DNA of 64,000 bases from Basidiobolus meristosporus CBS 931.73 (lineage: Eukaryota > Fungi > Basidiobolomycota). The stretch is taken from assembly GCA_002104905.1 (NCBI GenBank), contig MCFE01000454.1, positions 1 through 64,000 on the forward strand. The letters are read 5' to 3'. Positions 23,047 through 35,653 of the stretch are shown here, piece by piece. Each line of letters starts with the position of its first letter. The stretch's first letter is position 1. A program made the position numbers and the translations under genes. The notes beneath the pieces are model-generated. The model worked only from the letters and a program-made list of their open reading frames with translations. It was not told where the DNA came from and did not search any database.

Positions 23047-24324
23047 TCGAAATAGACGTGTAACGGTGAAGTGAAGGGAAGGGAAGGGAAGGGAATGGAG
23101 TAGGGTGATGCGTGATGGGAACGAGAAAACTGTAGATCAAGTGGTGACAGCTGGCGGGTGCCCCCGGTATTTAAGCGAAAATCCTCAAGTGGGCAGGATC
23201 CCACCCCCCACTCGCCCCCCTCCGCTGTTGACGGTGTGATCGGTGACCTGAACATGAAGCAACGACCTCGGCGATGGGGACCTGTGAACGTAAGCGGGTG
23301 GACCTTTTCGGTAAGCCGTCGACCACCCAGTGGCGACGAGGCGAACGTGGGTTTGCTGGATTGGGAGGTCGATCGTTTGAGGGACTTGAGAGCCTCCGCT
23401 GGATCTTGGCGATTCCGAGATCTCCATCAAAGCGGCGGCTCCAGCACAGCGACCAGAGGAGCCATGAAACCTGGTGAATGGTGGCATACCGGCCCCATGC
23501 CAATCTCGAACCTCGCTGGGAGCCTCGGGCAAATCAGCTCCCCACCCCTCTTCCCTTACCAGCTCGAACATGGATTATGTAACCGAGGTTCCGGATGACG
23601 TGGTCCGTCCTTCACACCAGCCCACTTCCCAGTGGCTCTCAGGTGAGTAGTGATCTGTCGGCTCGGTGATCTATGAGCGATGCGTGTGGCTTGTTTCATC
23701 CGCCTTGGGGAGGCTTGGCAGCATTCCGCCCCGTTATTGCCACGGCGGTAGCGTCATACATGACTGTACCGGTCGAGCTCATCGAGGTGCATCGTTCTTG
23801 ATCCGACAAGACCAACCATCACTCCGTCCTAGCCCAACACCCCCTCACTCCCGCCTACGCACCGTTTTCGGGCCAAGGCAGCCTCGTTCCAGCGTAGAAA
23901 GAGGTCATACCTTTGCAAGGCCGCTTTCCGAACGGAAAGGCTCGGCTGGTGTACCGACAGGAACCGCGAGGCCACACATCAGGTGGATTTGGGCATTCAT
24001 CACGGATGGCTAGGCAAATATGGATGTTGGCCCACGGACCAGACAATGCCTGCACGTATCATCATTCACCCAGTCAAAATGGCCATCGATTGGCCTGTGT
24101 TACGTAAGGAGCCAACGGGCCGATTCAATCCCCACAAGCAACAGCCAACAACATGGGTGGTTGGAGCAGGGTAAGGCATGGCAAGGCAGTCCTGCCTTCC
24201 GGAGGAACACAAGGGAGGGGAATCAGCAGGAGACGAAATGGGTTCGACACGTAGACTTTATTAATTTCTACTACATGCCCACATGTATGTTACATCAATT
24301 TAATATATCCCACACATACGGGAA

Positions 24325-27300
24325 CTAATCCTTTAATGACAAGAAGTTTTGGATGCTGTTGGAGAGGGCCTCGATCTCCGCCTGGTACCCCTTGATCTTG
24401 GAGTCGTTCATCTCCCGCACATCACTGCGCACCTTGCTCTCGTAGTCGGGGATCTCGGTCTTCTTGAGCAGGGAAGTCAGACTCACCTGCACCTTGTCCA
24501 ACTTCTTGTTCAACTTCCCGACCTCCGCTTCGATGTCCACCTGTCCCTTGACCATCAGCAACACGTTGATGTCCTCGGTGACGGTGGAGGTGGCGCAACC
24601 GGCGGGGGCGGCCTCGGACTTGCCCAACACGTTGGCCTGCTTGCATCCCTTGGTGAGGGTGACGATGGAGCTGGCCTCCTTGGCGAGTAACTCTCTCACC
24701 TCGTCTTGCCCGATGGAGATGTAGATCTGGGCATTCGAGGAGATGTTGTACTCGACGATCAAGGAACGGGCGGCCTTCACGATGGCGAACACGTTGTCGA
24801 AGTCTCTCTCGGCCTTCTCGTTGTCGTAGGATGGCTCCTCCACAGGGTAGCTGGCCTTGGAGATGGTGGGGATGGTGTCGTTCTCACGACGAGGCAATCT
24901 CTGGTACAGCTCCTCGGTGACGAAGGGCATGAAGGGATGGAGAAGCTTCAACCCGGCCTCCAAACAGGTGTACAAGGTGTCCTTGGCGGAGCGTTGCTGG
25001 CTGGCGTTCTCGGGGGAGGAGTCGTCGGTGATGGGCTTGATCACCTCCACGAAGATGTCGCAAAGCTCGTACAACCAGAAGCTGTACACCGCCGAGGTGG
25101 CAGCCATGAAGTTCTTCTCAGTCAAGGCGGCATTGACGGCGGTGGCGGCCTTGTTCAATTTGTGGAGGATCCAGAGTTCCGCGAGGGACTCTTGTCCGGT
25201 GAGCTTGGCATCGGCTCTGGGCTTGAAATCCTCCCCGAGCTTCATCAGGGCGAATCGGGTGACGTTCCAGAGCTTGTTACAGAACTTACGGTATCCCTCC
25301 ACTCTAAGGATGTCCAAATTGATGTCACGTCCGGTGGAGGTGTAGGCGCAGAGGGCGAATCTCAGCGCATCGGTTCCGCACTCGGGGATTCCGTTGGGGA
25401 AATCTGCCTTCTGGCCAGCCTTGGCCTTGACGGCCTCTCTGGGGTCAAGGTTGCCTTGGTCAAGCTTGTGGTGGAGGGCCTCGAGGGTGATACCCTCGAT
25501 CACATCGATGGGGTCGATCACGTTACCCAAACTCTTACTCATCTTACGACCGTGGGCATCACGGATCATGGCGTGACAGAAGACTTGCTTGAAGGGAACC
25601 TCGCCGGTAAGCTTGATACCCAACATGACCATACGAGCGACCCAGAAGAAAAGAATATCCCAACCGGTCTCGAGGAGGGTGGCGGGGTAGAAGCTGTCGA
25701 AGTCAAGGGTCTTCTTGGGCCAGCCCATGATGGAGAATGGCCACAATCCAGAGGAGAACCAGGTGTCTAACACATCGGGATCTTGCTCCAAAGTGAACTG
25801 CTTTCCGGCGAATTTGGTGTTGGCCTTAGCTTGGGCTTCCTCCAAAGTGCGGCCAGACACCCAGTAGTTTCCGTCGTTGGCGTCGTGGGTTTCTCCCTCG
25901 ATCTTGACGAAGTAGGCAGGGACTCTGTGACCCCACCACAACTGGCGAGAGATACACCAGTCTTGGATGTTCTCGAGCCAACGGAACCATTCCTTCTCGG
26001 AGGCCTTGGGCTGAATTTCCAACTCACCGTCGACAACAGCCTTCATGGCGGCATCAGCCATCTCCTTGCAGCGGACATACCACTGAGGCTTCATCAAGGG
26101 CTCGATAATATCACCAGATCTGGTACAGATGGGGACGGACATTGGGTTGTCGCGGGTCTCCACGTAAAGACCCTTCTCTTTAAGAGCAGCGAGCACAGCC
26201 TCACGAGCATCGAAACGCTTGAGTCCCTCGAAAGGAGCAGCGTGGGCGTTGAGGGTACCGTCGTCGTTCAAGATGTTGATGAACTCAAGGTTGTGACGCT
26301 TTCCGACTTCGTAATCGTTGAAATCGTGGGCGGGGGTAATCTTGACCGCACCAGTACCGAAAGCCATGTCCACAATGATGTCGTCGCAAACGATGGGGAT
26401 TCTACGTCCGTTGAAAGGATGGATCACATACTTGCCGTGGAGATGCTTGTAGCGCTCATCCTTGGGATGGACGGCGACAGCGGTATCACCGAGCATGGTT
26501 TCAATACGGGTGGTGGCAACGATGATCTTCTCATCGGAGTTCTCGACCTGGTAAATGAACGAGATCAACACACCGAATTCGTACTTCTTGTTGGAGTCAT
26601 ATCCAGGGATGGACAAGAGGGTGCGTCCGGGGAGCTCCTTGTTCTCGACCTCCAAGTTGGACAAGGCAGTGTTCAACTTCACCGACCAGTTGACGAGGCG
26701 GGTGGCGCGATAGATGACTCCTTCTTCGTGCAACTTCACGAAGGTCTCGGTCACGGCGTCACTGAGATCGGGATCGAGAGTGAACTTGGCGCGATCCCAG
26801 TCGTAGGAACCGCCGAGGCGTCTCAACTGGCGATAGATGTGATCGCCATACTGATGCTTCCATTCCCACACCTTCTCGACGAACTTCTCACGGCCAAGGT
26901 CGTGTCTGGTTTGTTGGCTGGTCTTCCAGAGTTGCTTCTCGACGACAGCCTGAGTAGCGATACCAGCGTGATCACAGCCAGGGTTGTATAGGGTGGTCTT
27001 GCCAGACATACGATTCCATCTCACAAGGGTATCTTGAATGGTCACGGTAAGAGCGTGTCCAATGTGAAGGGAACCGGTGACGTTTGGTGGGGGAGCAGGA
27101 ATGACATAGGCTCCGGCGGGTTTGACCTTGCCATCGGGGCCGAATTCGGGCTTGAAATGGCCCTCCTTCTCCCACCATTCGTACCAAGCAGACTCGACAG
27201 CCTTAGGATTGTAGGCAGCAGCAAGAGGAGCGCTGAGATCTTTCTTCTCACCCTTGGGGGTGGTGTTGACGAACACCTCCTCCTTAGGAGCAGCAGCCTT

Positions 27301-27504
27301 CTCCTTGGGCTCCTTCTTCTTCTTCTCGGCTTGTTTTCCGGACGCGGCTTTCTTTGCCTCTAAGGCGGCCTGCTTGGCGAGGAATTTCTCCATCTTGGCC
27401 TTACGCTTGGCCTCGTTTTTCTCGGCATTTTTGGATTTGGCCTCAGCCTCGGCGGCAGTCTGTTGCTGCTGCTGTTGCTGTTGCTCTAGCTCTTTATTCT
27501 CCAT
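24325..27504 (-). CDS. VAS1: Valyl-tRNA synthetase, 1059 aa, intronless
   Basis: PPPNVTGSLHIGHA (HIGH), KMSKS, DWCISRQLWWGH, TTRIETMLGD editing domain and C-terminal coiled coil. Confidence 0.99.
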   Translation of the reverse strand: MENKELEQQQQQQQQTAAEAEAKSKNAEKNEAKRKAKMEKFLAKQAALEAKKAASGKQAEKKKKEPKEKAAAPKEEVFVNTTPKGEKKDLSAPLAAAYNPKAVESAWYEWWEKEGHFKPEFGPDGKVKPAGAYVIPAPPPNVTGSLHIGHALTVTIQDTLVRWNRMSGKTTLYNPGCDHAGIATQAVVEKQLWKTSQQTRHDLGREKFVEKVWEWKHQYGDHIYRQLRRLGGSYDWDRAKFTLDPDLSDAVTETFVKLHEEGVIYRATRLVNWSVKLNTALSNLEVENKELPGRTLLSIPGYDSNKKYEFGVLISFIYQVENSDEKIIVATTRIETMLGDTAVAVHPKDERYKHLHGKYVIHPFNGRRIPIVCDDIIVDMAFGTGAVKITPAHDFNDYEVGKRHNLEFINILNDDGTLNAHAAPFEGLKRFDAREAVLAALKEKGLYVETRDNPMSVPICTRSGDIIEPLMKPQWYVRCKEMADAAMKAVVDGELEIQPKASEKEWFRWLENIQDWCISRQLWWGHRVPAYFVKIEGETHDANDGNYWVSGRTLEEAQAKANTKFAGKQFTLEQDPDVLDTWFSSGLWPFSIMGWPKKTLDFDSFYPATLLETGWDILFFWVARMVMLGIKLTGEVPFKQVFCHAMIRDAHGRKMSKSLGNVIDPIDVIEGITLEALHHKLDQGNLDPREAVKAKAGQKADFPNGIPECGTDALRFALCAYTSTGRDINLDILRVEGYRKFCNKLWNVTRFALMKLGEDFKPRADAKLTGQESLAELWILHKLNKAATAVNAALTEKNFMAATSAVYSFWLYELCDIFVEVIKPITDDSSPENASQQRSAKDTLYTCLEAGLKLLHPFMPFVTEELYQRLPRRENDTIPTISKASYPVEEPSYDNEKAERDFDNVFAIVKAARSLIVEYNISSNAQIYISIGQDEVRELLAKEASSIVTLTKGCKQANVLGKSEAAPAGCATSTVTEDINVLLMVKGQVDIEAEVGKLNKKLDKVQVSLTSLLKKTEIPDYESKVRSDVREMNDSKIKGYQAEIEALSNSIQNFLSLKD

Positions 27505-27840
27505 CTTTGCAAGAATTCAAAATTCCTTAGGGCGAGAGTGGTCGCGCTAGGTGGTTTTAAGTGCGTGTGAAAATCCAGAAAAAAAAAACACCCTTTAAGT
27601 TCAATGTGATTCGTAACTGATTTGATGATTGAATGTATTATCCGAGATCAACTAGGTTTATGCTTATCCCGAATCAATGCATGCTAGACTTAGTAACTAT
27701 GACTCCATGTACAGACAGTATTGGTGATCCGCAAGACCACTGGAATTCCCACTCATACTGGTATTTGAGTCAAAAAACATACGGGGACTAGATGATGTTT
27801 GGTTCGTCTCTATATTACAATTATAAACTCTAAAGAAGGT

Positions 27841-28860
27841 TCAGTTCCTTGATTTGGATGGGTTTCTAACATATTCCTCCAGCTCAGCGGCTGTAAGCGG
27901 CAACTCGGTTGGAAGTTTTTTGCGGTAAAGATCTAATACAAGCGCCGCAATGTGCTCCATATCCTCCAGAGTGGTATCAAACACCTCCCACCAGGGTGGG
28001 GAGAGGGGAAGCTTGACGGCACAGGTGCGTGCGGCCAGGAAAACCATGGAGCACGCAATGGTGGGAGGCTGATAGCACACATAGATGTTGGTTCTCAGAC
28101 TATCATTCAGATAATTCCAGGCCATTTGGGGGACTTCGGGGTGATTGGTCAACTCCAGCGAACGTATATAATTTATGAGCATCCCGTAGGGGAGTTGAAC
28201 TTGCACGTTAAAAGCGAGCTTGGTCAGGATCAGCATTTCAGCCTGCAATAGCCCTTTCTTCATGACATAGAACTCCTAAATACAGGACTCGAAGTTAGTG
28301 TTGTCGCTAGGTTAGGGGCAGGTGAACTTGGGTGCATACGTTAGAATAGGCCTCCATCGGCTTGGTGTCCAACTTCCGGAATCTCTTGCTTAGATAGTGG
28401 AAAACGTTGATAATATCTTTGATCTTACGGGGGGATTCTTCCACCTTTGAAGCCAGGAATAGGGCGCCCATTGCAAGATCCTTGTGATTGAGGGGTACTT
28501 TAGTACATACTTCAGGTGTTGAATAGAAAATGCACCTACCTGTACTCCGGTATCTTTCAGCGAGGTGCGATAAAAGTATCTGTAGATCAACACTTGAGCA
28601 GTGGCCATGGTTACTTGTGGTCTGCAGATTTAACATTAAGGAAAATGAACAATTCTACGGTGTCAACGAAATAAGAACATCCCTAGGATGGAGCATTTAA
28701 AAGGGATACAGTTTAAGAAGGACGCCAGCAGATTGGGCAAATTCACACGCCAAATGACAGAGATCGCGTCCCAGTTCAGCGCTGATTCCATCCGCCAAAG
28801 AAGGGGTTGGGCAAGGTATTTGTATTCAACCACGGCATTCTTCAGAGAGAGTTTCGACAT
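27841..28860 (-). CDS. Cyclin L-like transcriptional cyclin, spliced (3 introns); apparent 1-nt frameshift near the 5' end
   Basis: Exons encode TPSLADGISAEL..CEFAQSAGVLLKL / PQVTMATAQVLIYRYFY / DLAMGALFLASKVEESPRK / AEMLILTKLAFNVQVQLPY..AWNYLNDSLRT. GT-AG introns are visible. Confidence 0.9.
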
Positions 28861-29123
28861 GATCTAACGATTGGGGATTGCCACGAACACGCTTGAACGT
28901 ATATAGCACACGCTGAACAATCAATCGATTCTTTCTAGAGCTCAATTGAAATTGGGAAAATTTGTAAGGGAATTGGGCCCATATAAGATACACATTTTGC
29001 CACCAGATCCAACGTCATGCCCGAGCCAATGACTCGATTCTCCGATATGCGTGGTCGCTCATATTAAGACCCTATTAAATCATTTCATTGCAAGCCGACT
29101 ATTGATAGCAGCAAGCTACCAAC
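28861..29123. promoter_or_regulatory. Short divergent intergenic region, putative bidirectional promoter of cyclin L and TRS31
   Basis: Head-to-head ATGs 263 bp apart. Confidence 0.5.
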
Positions 29124-29986
29124 ATGCTTCCACAGAATCTCAACCTCAAAACCAATCGAATCTCACTTTCGGTGTCTCAAGACCTTCGCTTTGGTCGTAA
29201 ATCGAACAGCATTGACCGTAGCCTCTCGAAGACCAAAAACACCGAGGTGATTTAGTTTCCACCCATTTCTTTCGTTGACCCCTATGTTTTGTGGGGAATG
29301 TCTTCATCGAAGGTTCATCTTGTCAACGGCGACTTACGAAGTTTATTTCAACCCCGCACGTTAGGTCAGTCTTAGCGCGTTCTCGTTTCTCTTTTCGGAG
29401 ATCCTGCAATACTCACAGAACAGAGTGCATGGTATCCAAGATTTGGAAAAACTGTAAGTGGCCTAGGGTCTTGCGAGCGAGCTTTCGTAGTAATCCTCTC
29501 TAGTTTGAATGAGTTCGGGTACCGTGTAGGCATTCGCACCCTGGAGTTATTCATGTGGAGAGAGAAGAATATACGCAGAGAGACTCGAGTGTTGGGCATC
29601 CTGTATTTCATCAACACTGTTGTTTGGAAGACACTGTTCGGCAAGCAGGCCGATTCCCTAGAGAAGAGCACAGAAAACGAGGACGAATGTACGTATCATT
29701 CTTGTGCAACGCGTGTATTGGCAATGATTTGACTCGGTTGGCATTCACAGACATGATTTCTGATAACGAGCCAGTGGTAAACAAGTTCATCTCAATTCCC
29801 AAAGAGCTTTCCCAGCTGAATTGTGGAGCATTCATTGCTGGCATTGTCGAGGCGATATTAGACGGGTGCCAGTTCCCATCCAGAGTTACCGCTCACTCGG
29901 TTCCCCTCGAGGGACAGCCGCTGAGAACAACCATCCTCATCAAGTTCGACAAGAACGTTTTACTAAGAGAGGAGCAGATGAAATGA
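29124..29986 (+). CDS. TRS31: TRAPP complex subunit Trs31 (TRAPPC5), spliced (3 introns)
   Basis: Spliced reading [16 protein letters not shown] / [28 protein letters not shown] / [31 protein letters not shown] / [26 protein letters not shown]. Confidence 0.95.
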
Positions 29987-30124
29987 CGACCGCCATATAA
30001 ATACTTCATATTCATTTGTAATTCATTTATCTAGTCATTAGGATTAGTGTTGACTACTTCGTCACAAACTCGTTGATCATTAGTACTATTGTTGGTCACT
30101 TCATTGATCAGTGGAATAAATCTA

Positions 30125-33100
30125 TCATTGCTCATTGTCGAAAATGGGGGAAGCTACGCCGGCCTTCATCTCTGCCTCCTTTTGCTTGGCAAGATCGATT
30201 TGGTCCTGCAGATACTGCAAGGCACGGTCTAGCGCCAAGTGGTGGGTCAGGTCTCTGTTGTCGTGGAGAAGGGTTAGTGCCCGGTCAAGGAACCCCGGCT
30301 ATCAACAGGCCATACCTTCTGGGGCTAACGGAGATGGTGTGTCGGTCGTCCATCTGGAGGTCCATGATATTTGAATGATGCGCGCCGGGGCTGAATCCAA
30401 CACGTAGAGAGTATTCTTTGCTTCCATCCGACTCACGGTTGCATTCGTACAGCTCGAAGGTGATTTGAGTAAGATCTGTCGAGACAAACGGTTAGTGCTG
30501 CCTTCACCTGGGGGCGCCATTGCCACTTACAGTCAAGCTCCTCTAGATCGGCTCTAGTTAATTTGGTAGGAAGCCCGCTTCCAAATACGACGTTCAGCAT
30601 GGTATGCAACTGGGATTCTGATGGAACAATTAGTCGGCGTCGCGTGAGCAATAGGCATCGGCGTAACTAACCCTTTGTGAAGTAGAATCGAGCACTTGGG
30701 CTGGTTCCTGAGCGGATATCCTCCAGGTCGCTCACGATCTGGTTCAGCAAGGGGATGGAGGTAAGGCTGCCGATTTCCATCTTTTCATCGGGGGTAATCC
30801 CGAATTCCTGTGGGGCCACAATATCAAACAGAATCTTCGCGCGACGATACAGCTCTCGAATCTGGCCAATCTGGCCGTGCTCTTCCGGCCGCACAAATAT
30901 CACCTCGAGAAACTCGCGGTTGTGCAAAGCGTCGTACTTGAGCGAGTCGTAGAGCTCGGATACTTTGCTTGGGTTGAAGTTCTCGTAGCCTGGATCACAG
31001 ATATCGTGGAAGATCTTTTCCCAGCGCTCCTTGAACAGCCCTGGGGTTTCCGAGCAGCACCAGGTTCTCTGGATGTGCTCCACATCCATGCTGGCGAAGT
31101 TGGCATGCATTGTAGCCCTGAATGTCGAAAGTAAATCCACCGTCTCCTTCAAAAACTCCGCGAGATTCTCGATCTTCTTGGGGATGGTGATCAGCTCGGG
31201 AATTTCCTCTCGGGTGGTGGCCTTCATGATCTCCTTGAGCTGCTTCTTGGCCTGTTCGATGGGCTCTTTGGCCGCATCACTGTCGTCCAGCATGTCCCCT
31301 CGGATCTGGACAAAGTCTTTCTCTAGCTGAGGAGTATCTAAGAACGTCCTGCCAAATACTTCGGCTGAGCCATACGAAGAAAGTTAGTGACATGGGACGT
31401 AACGCCAGTTTGGGTGGATGCCGTGGAAACTAACCAGTTGCCACAACTCTCCGCTCAGAGCTGGAGTAAATACGAACGTCGTCGAAGAGCTTTTTGTTCA
31501 GAATAGCAAGATCGTTTCTCATGTTCTCAGCAACCTCTTTGGTGTGATGCAGCCCAGCATGAGTAAACTGACAACAGACAGTCAGCAGTCAGTATGACGA
31601 GGCGACATGAAGCAAGACGAAGCAACTTACCTCTCCGCCCCACTTGACCACGAGAACTAGCTTCTCAAAGTGGCCGGTTTTTTTGTTAAACGACGGCTTG
31701 ATTTGCACTTTTGTGCCGGTCAGGCTGGACTTGTTTTCCAAGATCAATTTCAGCTGCTCCAACTTCACGCGGTCATCCGCACCGAGCTCCAAAGCCTCAT
31801 CGGCAGCGCGGATAACTCCGATCAGATCCTTCTCTTTGTTGAGGATGATTTTCTTGGTGGAGCCGTTCAACAGTTGGATGAACGGTTGGCTGGTGAAGCT
31901 GAATTTGACTTTTTGCTTGGGTGTTCTGTCCCCGTGTCGGAACACCGAAAGGAACCCTTTGAGCGTCCAGGCGTTTTCGTTGTTGGGCCCTCTGCTAAGG
32001 AAATGAGAGAACCATCTTTTCTTGGCAGCGTTCAGAAACATGCGGCGTAAGATCTGCGCGCACATGTCATAGTAGTTGTCGTTCCCTTTGACGAAGGACC
32101 ACCCGTTGACATCGATGACGTATGATTTGCCATCAGTACGAAGCAAGTCTATCCCGCAGATATTTTGTCCGAACGCGATGCACACACGTTTGACCATCTC
32201 CTTCTCTTCGGGCGAAAGGTTGGTAACATATCGTACCTCTTTGCCATCAGCATTACGGCGAACGATTCCATCTACAACAGGAGATCTACGAAGGGGCTTA
32301 GAATCCGAGAAAAGCGATGAGTTATGGGTGGAATGGTTACTTTCTGGTCTCTGCGTGCGCGTAGCCTGGACCAATGGTATAAACCTTGAACATCCTCCGA
32401 GTTGACCACGTCCACAAATTCCTGTAGCCGGGAGGACACTCAGTATCCGTTGGAGAACTCAGCAATGCGGGGTTTCTTACCTCGTACACAAAAGAACCAT
32501 CCTTTCTGATGTCTCCTAGTTCTGGACAGTACTCGCTGGACTTATTGCCAACCTAGACAACATGTGAGCTGCGTGGACATGGACAGGTGCACCCCTCTAG
32601 ACTCACTCTACCTTTCTGAAAAGACACCTGACACCCCCGCCTTGCTCTTCCGAGTAATAGATATTGATGTTGTGATCCTCTCCATCTGCAGGCTTCTCGA
32701 CAAACGGCTTGACCATCTGCTCGCCCATGATTTCAATCACATCACTGGAAAGAACGTTCACCTCAGTTTCCGGAAGAGTCTCATTCAACTTCAGCCCAAT
32801 GTGTCTGTATACTTTGTCCGCCACCTCGTCTGGTACCTTTGGTCCCCCGTCACGGTTAATGATCAGTCGACGCGGAGTGGGGACCCCGACCGCATCCAGA
32901 ATGGAGAGTACCAGGCGTCGATCGAAGAGTACGTGCTGCATGGGAAGGTCGTTCACGCAGAAAGGCTTCCTCAGCTTCACGTATTCCACCGCCTTTTCCA
33001 ACGGGAACCCGGTGGAGAAGAAGGAGATAAGGAAATCACAATAGGGCCAGTTTTGCACGTCTAAAGGCAACGAGAGAGAACAGGGATGGTTAATCAACGG

Positions 33101-33376
33101 CCACCAGAACGAACCTCGGATAGGCTACCTTCATCCAGGATTACTTTGTCCCCGAATATCACCGTCTCGAAGTCTCCATATGCCAAGAGTCGGTTGAGGA
33201 TGTTACGCATGGGCTTCGACCGTGTCTTGGTATCCAAGGCACATATTCCAACGACCACTAAAGGCAAACTTAGTTCAGCTTCGAAGGAAACCAGCAACCA
33301 TTGGGAAATACTCACGCTTTCTACTGGGCGCAGAAAACTGGAAAAAATGCGGGGAGGAGCTGAATAAACTGGACAT
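30125..33376 (-). CDS. VIP1: Vip1/Asp1 inositol pyrophosphate kinase with histidine-phosphatase-like domain (PPIP5K), multi-exon
   Basis: [112 protein letters not shown] inferred at 33376 and stop at 30125-27 from GT-AG splicing. Confidence 0.95.
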
Positions 33377-34113
33377 GTGGTGAAGCTACTAGCAAGAAAG
33401 CCGGAACTGAATCAAGCATCTCTAGTGAATGGAAAAAAATGGGAAATCCGGTTGATCCGACTACACCGCACCGGGCCTGTCGAACAACAATACGATTGAT
33501 TCCATTTATTTATGAGGATCTCGAAATCGCTCGAGCGAGCACCGCCATCATGGATGAAGCAAGGCCTATATAACAGATCAGTCAATCCCAACCATCCAGA
33601 TTGGAGCAATCGGCCGTTTCCTGCAACTTAAATTTCATTTTTAGGATCGGCATGCGCAAAAAAAGTCACAACCGGCAAATGCCAAGATTGGCAGTGAGGT
33701 CCAAAGAGAAAGGTCAAGTGGGAAGGAAGCCTGATCACTGGTGAACCCATGTTTCTTAGATGAAGATGATTGTGATGTTTATTGAATGTCACTGGATATC
33801 AAGAAATGCTGCCAACTGCAGAAAAACCAAAAATGATGTGGCTAGCAGAGATAAGGGCGGAACCAACGTATTCTCGTAGTGATAAGTCTAGCTTCAATAT
33901 TATGTGCTTGGAGGTGGGCGGGTGTTGCTCGCAAGAGCTGGGTATTGGTGCTATAAACGCTCGCTTGGGATCAATGTGGCCTGGTGATCGCAATCTGAAG
34001 GGTTAGCGAAGTTGTCTGGTTTGTCGGGATATTCCAGATTTGTTTCCGAGAAACCCGATGTTATCTTGTACGATGTCTGCACAATAGAGGGTTTTGCTTC
34101 ATAGTTGTGGCTG

Positions 34114-35205
34114 TTATATCTTCACAGTCAGGTCGGCTCGAATTTCGTGCAACTTCTCTTGGATATACAGCCCATCAACTCGAGTACAATTATCAATGAT
34201 CAGTACTTTGAGGTCTTTGAGCTGGGTTTCCCAGTCAATAAAGAGAAGAAGCATGGAGTCGATGAGCCAACTAACTGACGAGATGTCCAACTGCACAAGT
34301 TTGCTCAAGCCTCTAGCAATAGTCCCTAAGGCTGCGGGGCCTTCCGATAAGTCAAAGCATCCGGCAATGTTGAGATGAGTCAATGCAGGGGTAGAGTCGA
34401 CAATGGTTGTTGATGTTTGCCTCCCTTTAAGATTCTTGCAAAATGAGATATCTATAGATTTCAGGCTCGAGGATCTGCTGGGATTTTCGAGACTAGTTCC
34501 GGTAGATGATTGCAAGGGAAGGTCGCTGTGGCATGCATAAACCTTGGAATGATCAAAGAATTCAGCCAGTCCTTGATTAGTGAAAGTGCCGCATTTTAAA
34601 TAAACTCGCTCGTAGTCGCTATCTTTGAACTGAACTAATAGTTGGTCAGTGAGGTGGTGACGCTTGGCAGTTGACTGTAAAAGTCGTTGTTTGAGATGAA
34701 CAGGTAGCTTTGCGATCATTTCCGAGGACTGCAGTTTGATATGAGTAGCCGCAACTTGGGTACATATTTTCCGGAGACTCTTGAGACGACCTCGAGCTAT
34801 AAAGGAATAGATAAGCCAAAAGGAACAAGGAGAAAAATGGGAAGCAACAAGAGGTTTACCCTTTGTTCTGTCTTTCAACATTCGCTTTCTGGGTGGGGGT
34901 GGTGGTGGTGGTAGCGGCCCTGCCAGCACCTTCTTAGCTGTTGAGATAGCTCTACATTTGTCTTTCTCATCAAGAAACAGGTCATATTTGGTGAAAGAAG
35001 TGTTGAAAGGAAGAATGTTTCTTGGAATGGAGGGGCTTGAAGCCAAATGTCTGCGAATCTGCTCGGAAATTTGTTCTTGTTTTAGCTCATGGAAGGCCCC
35101 ACTGACTACCCGTTCAACGTTTTTGTGATTGTACAAGTCAAATGTCCGGGCTCGCTTGAAGGGTTTACATAGGTCAGGCCGGAGGTGTGTGTTTCTTTTA
35201 GGCAT
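34114..35205 (-). CDS. RNI-like leucine-rich-repeat protein; probable in-frame 63-bp intron at 34797-34859
   Basis: LRR-type segments SLKSIDISFC, ALTHLNIAGC, KLVQLDISSV, DLKVLIIDNC; LKSLRKIC resembles a BC-box. First ATG at 35205. Confidence 0.75.
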   Translation of the reverse strand: MPKRNTHLRPDLCKPFKRARTFDLYNHKNVERVVSGAFHELKQEQISEQIRRHLASSPSIPRNILPFNTSFTKYDLFLDEKDKCRAISTAKKVLAGPLPPPPPPPRKRMLKDRTKGKPLVASHFSPCSFWLIYSFIARGRLKSLRKICTQVAATHIKLQSSEMIAKLPVHLKQRLLQSTAKRHHLTDQLLVQFKDSDYERVYLKCGTFTNQGLAEFFDHSKVYACHSDLPLQSSTGTSLENPSRSSSLKSIDISFCKNLKGRQTSTTIVDSTPALTHLNIAGCFDLSEGPAALGTIARGLSKLVQLDISSVSWLIDSMLLLFIDWETQLKDLKVLIIDNCTRVDGLYIQEKLHEIRADLTVKI

Positions 35206-35653
35206 GGCCAAAGTGGTAGGCAATAAATTAGTAGGAGAGATTTACTATCTATGCAATTGCTCCAGCAGTATATTGTTCAGTTAAATAGATAGATATAAAC
35301 GTATTTTAACTGGCCCAATGTTTCGATCCAATGTCTAAGCGTGGATTGCGGCAGGTAGGCAAGTCGCAGTTGAGAACCCCATACACTAATCGACAAGCAT
35401 TGAATCGATCACTGTTGGGCTCTGTTCGAGGAAATCCCACATATATGCCGCAATAGCCTCTAACAGGTTAGCACCACCAAACGTGCACTTTTTACAGTCA
35501 CGCACACCCACAAGCATAATCCCTCTTTATCCAAATCATACATCCCTCGTTTTACCAAAATTAGGCTTGATTTATTTGTTGGGGTATTTGACCATTATGA
35601 TACATAGAGTTGGCGCCGGCTTGGTTTAGTGCGTTCCTCCCTGGTGATTTGGT

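Noticed and set aside
23158-24328. Several 60-146 aa ORFs upstream of the SDR
   Set aside because: Overlapping in many frames, with no motifs or codon bias; expected in GC-rich non-coding DNA.
22260-26991. Long plus-strand ORFs (e.g. 22276-22803, 24706-25770, 25783-26991)
   Set aside because: Antisense shadows of the SDR and ValRS genes, caused by high GC3 codon usage.
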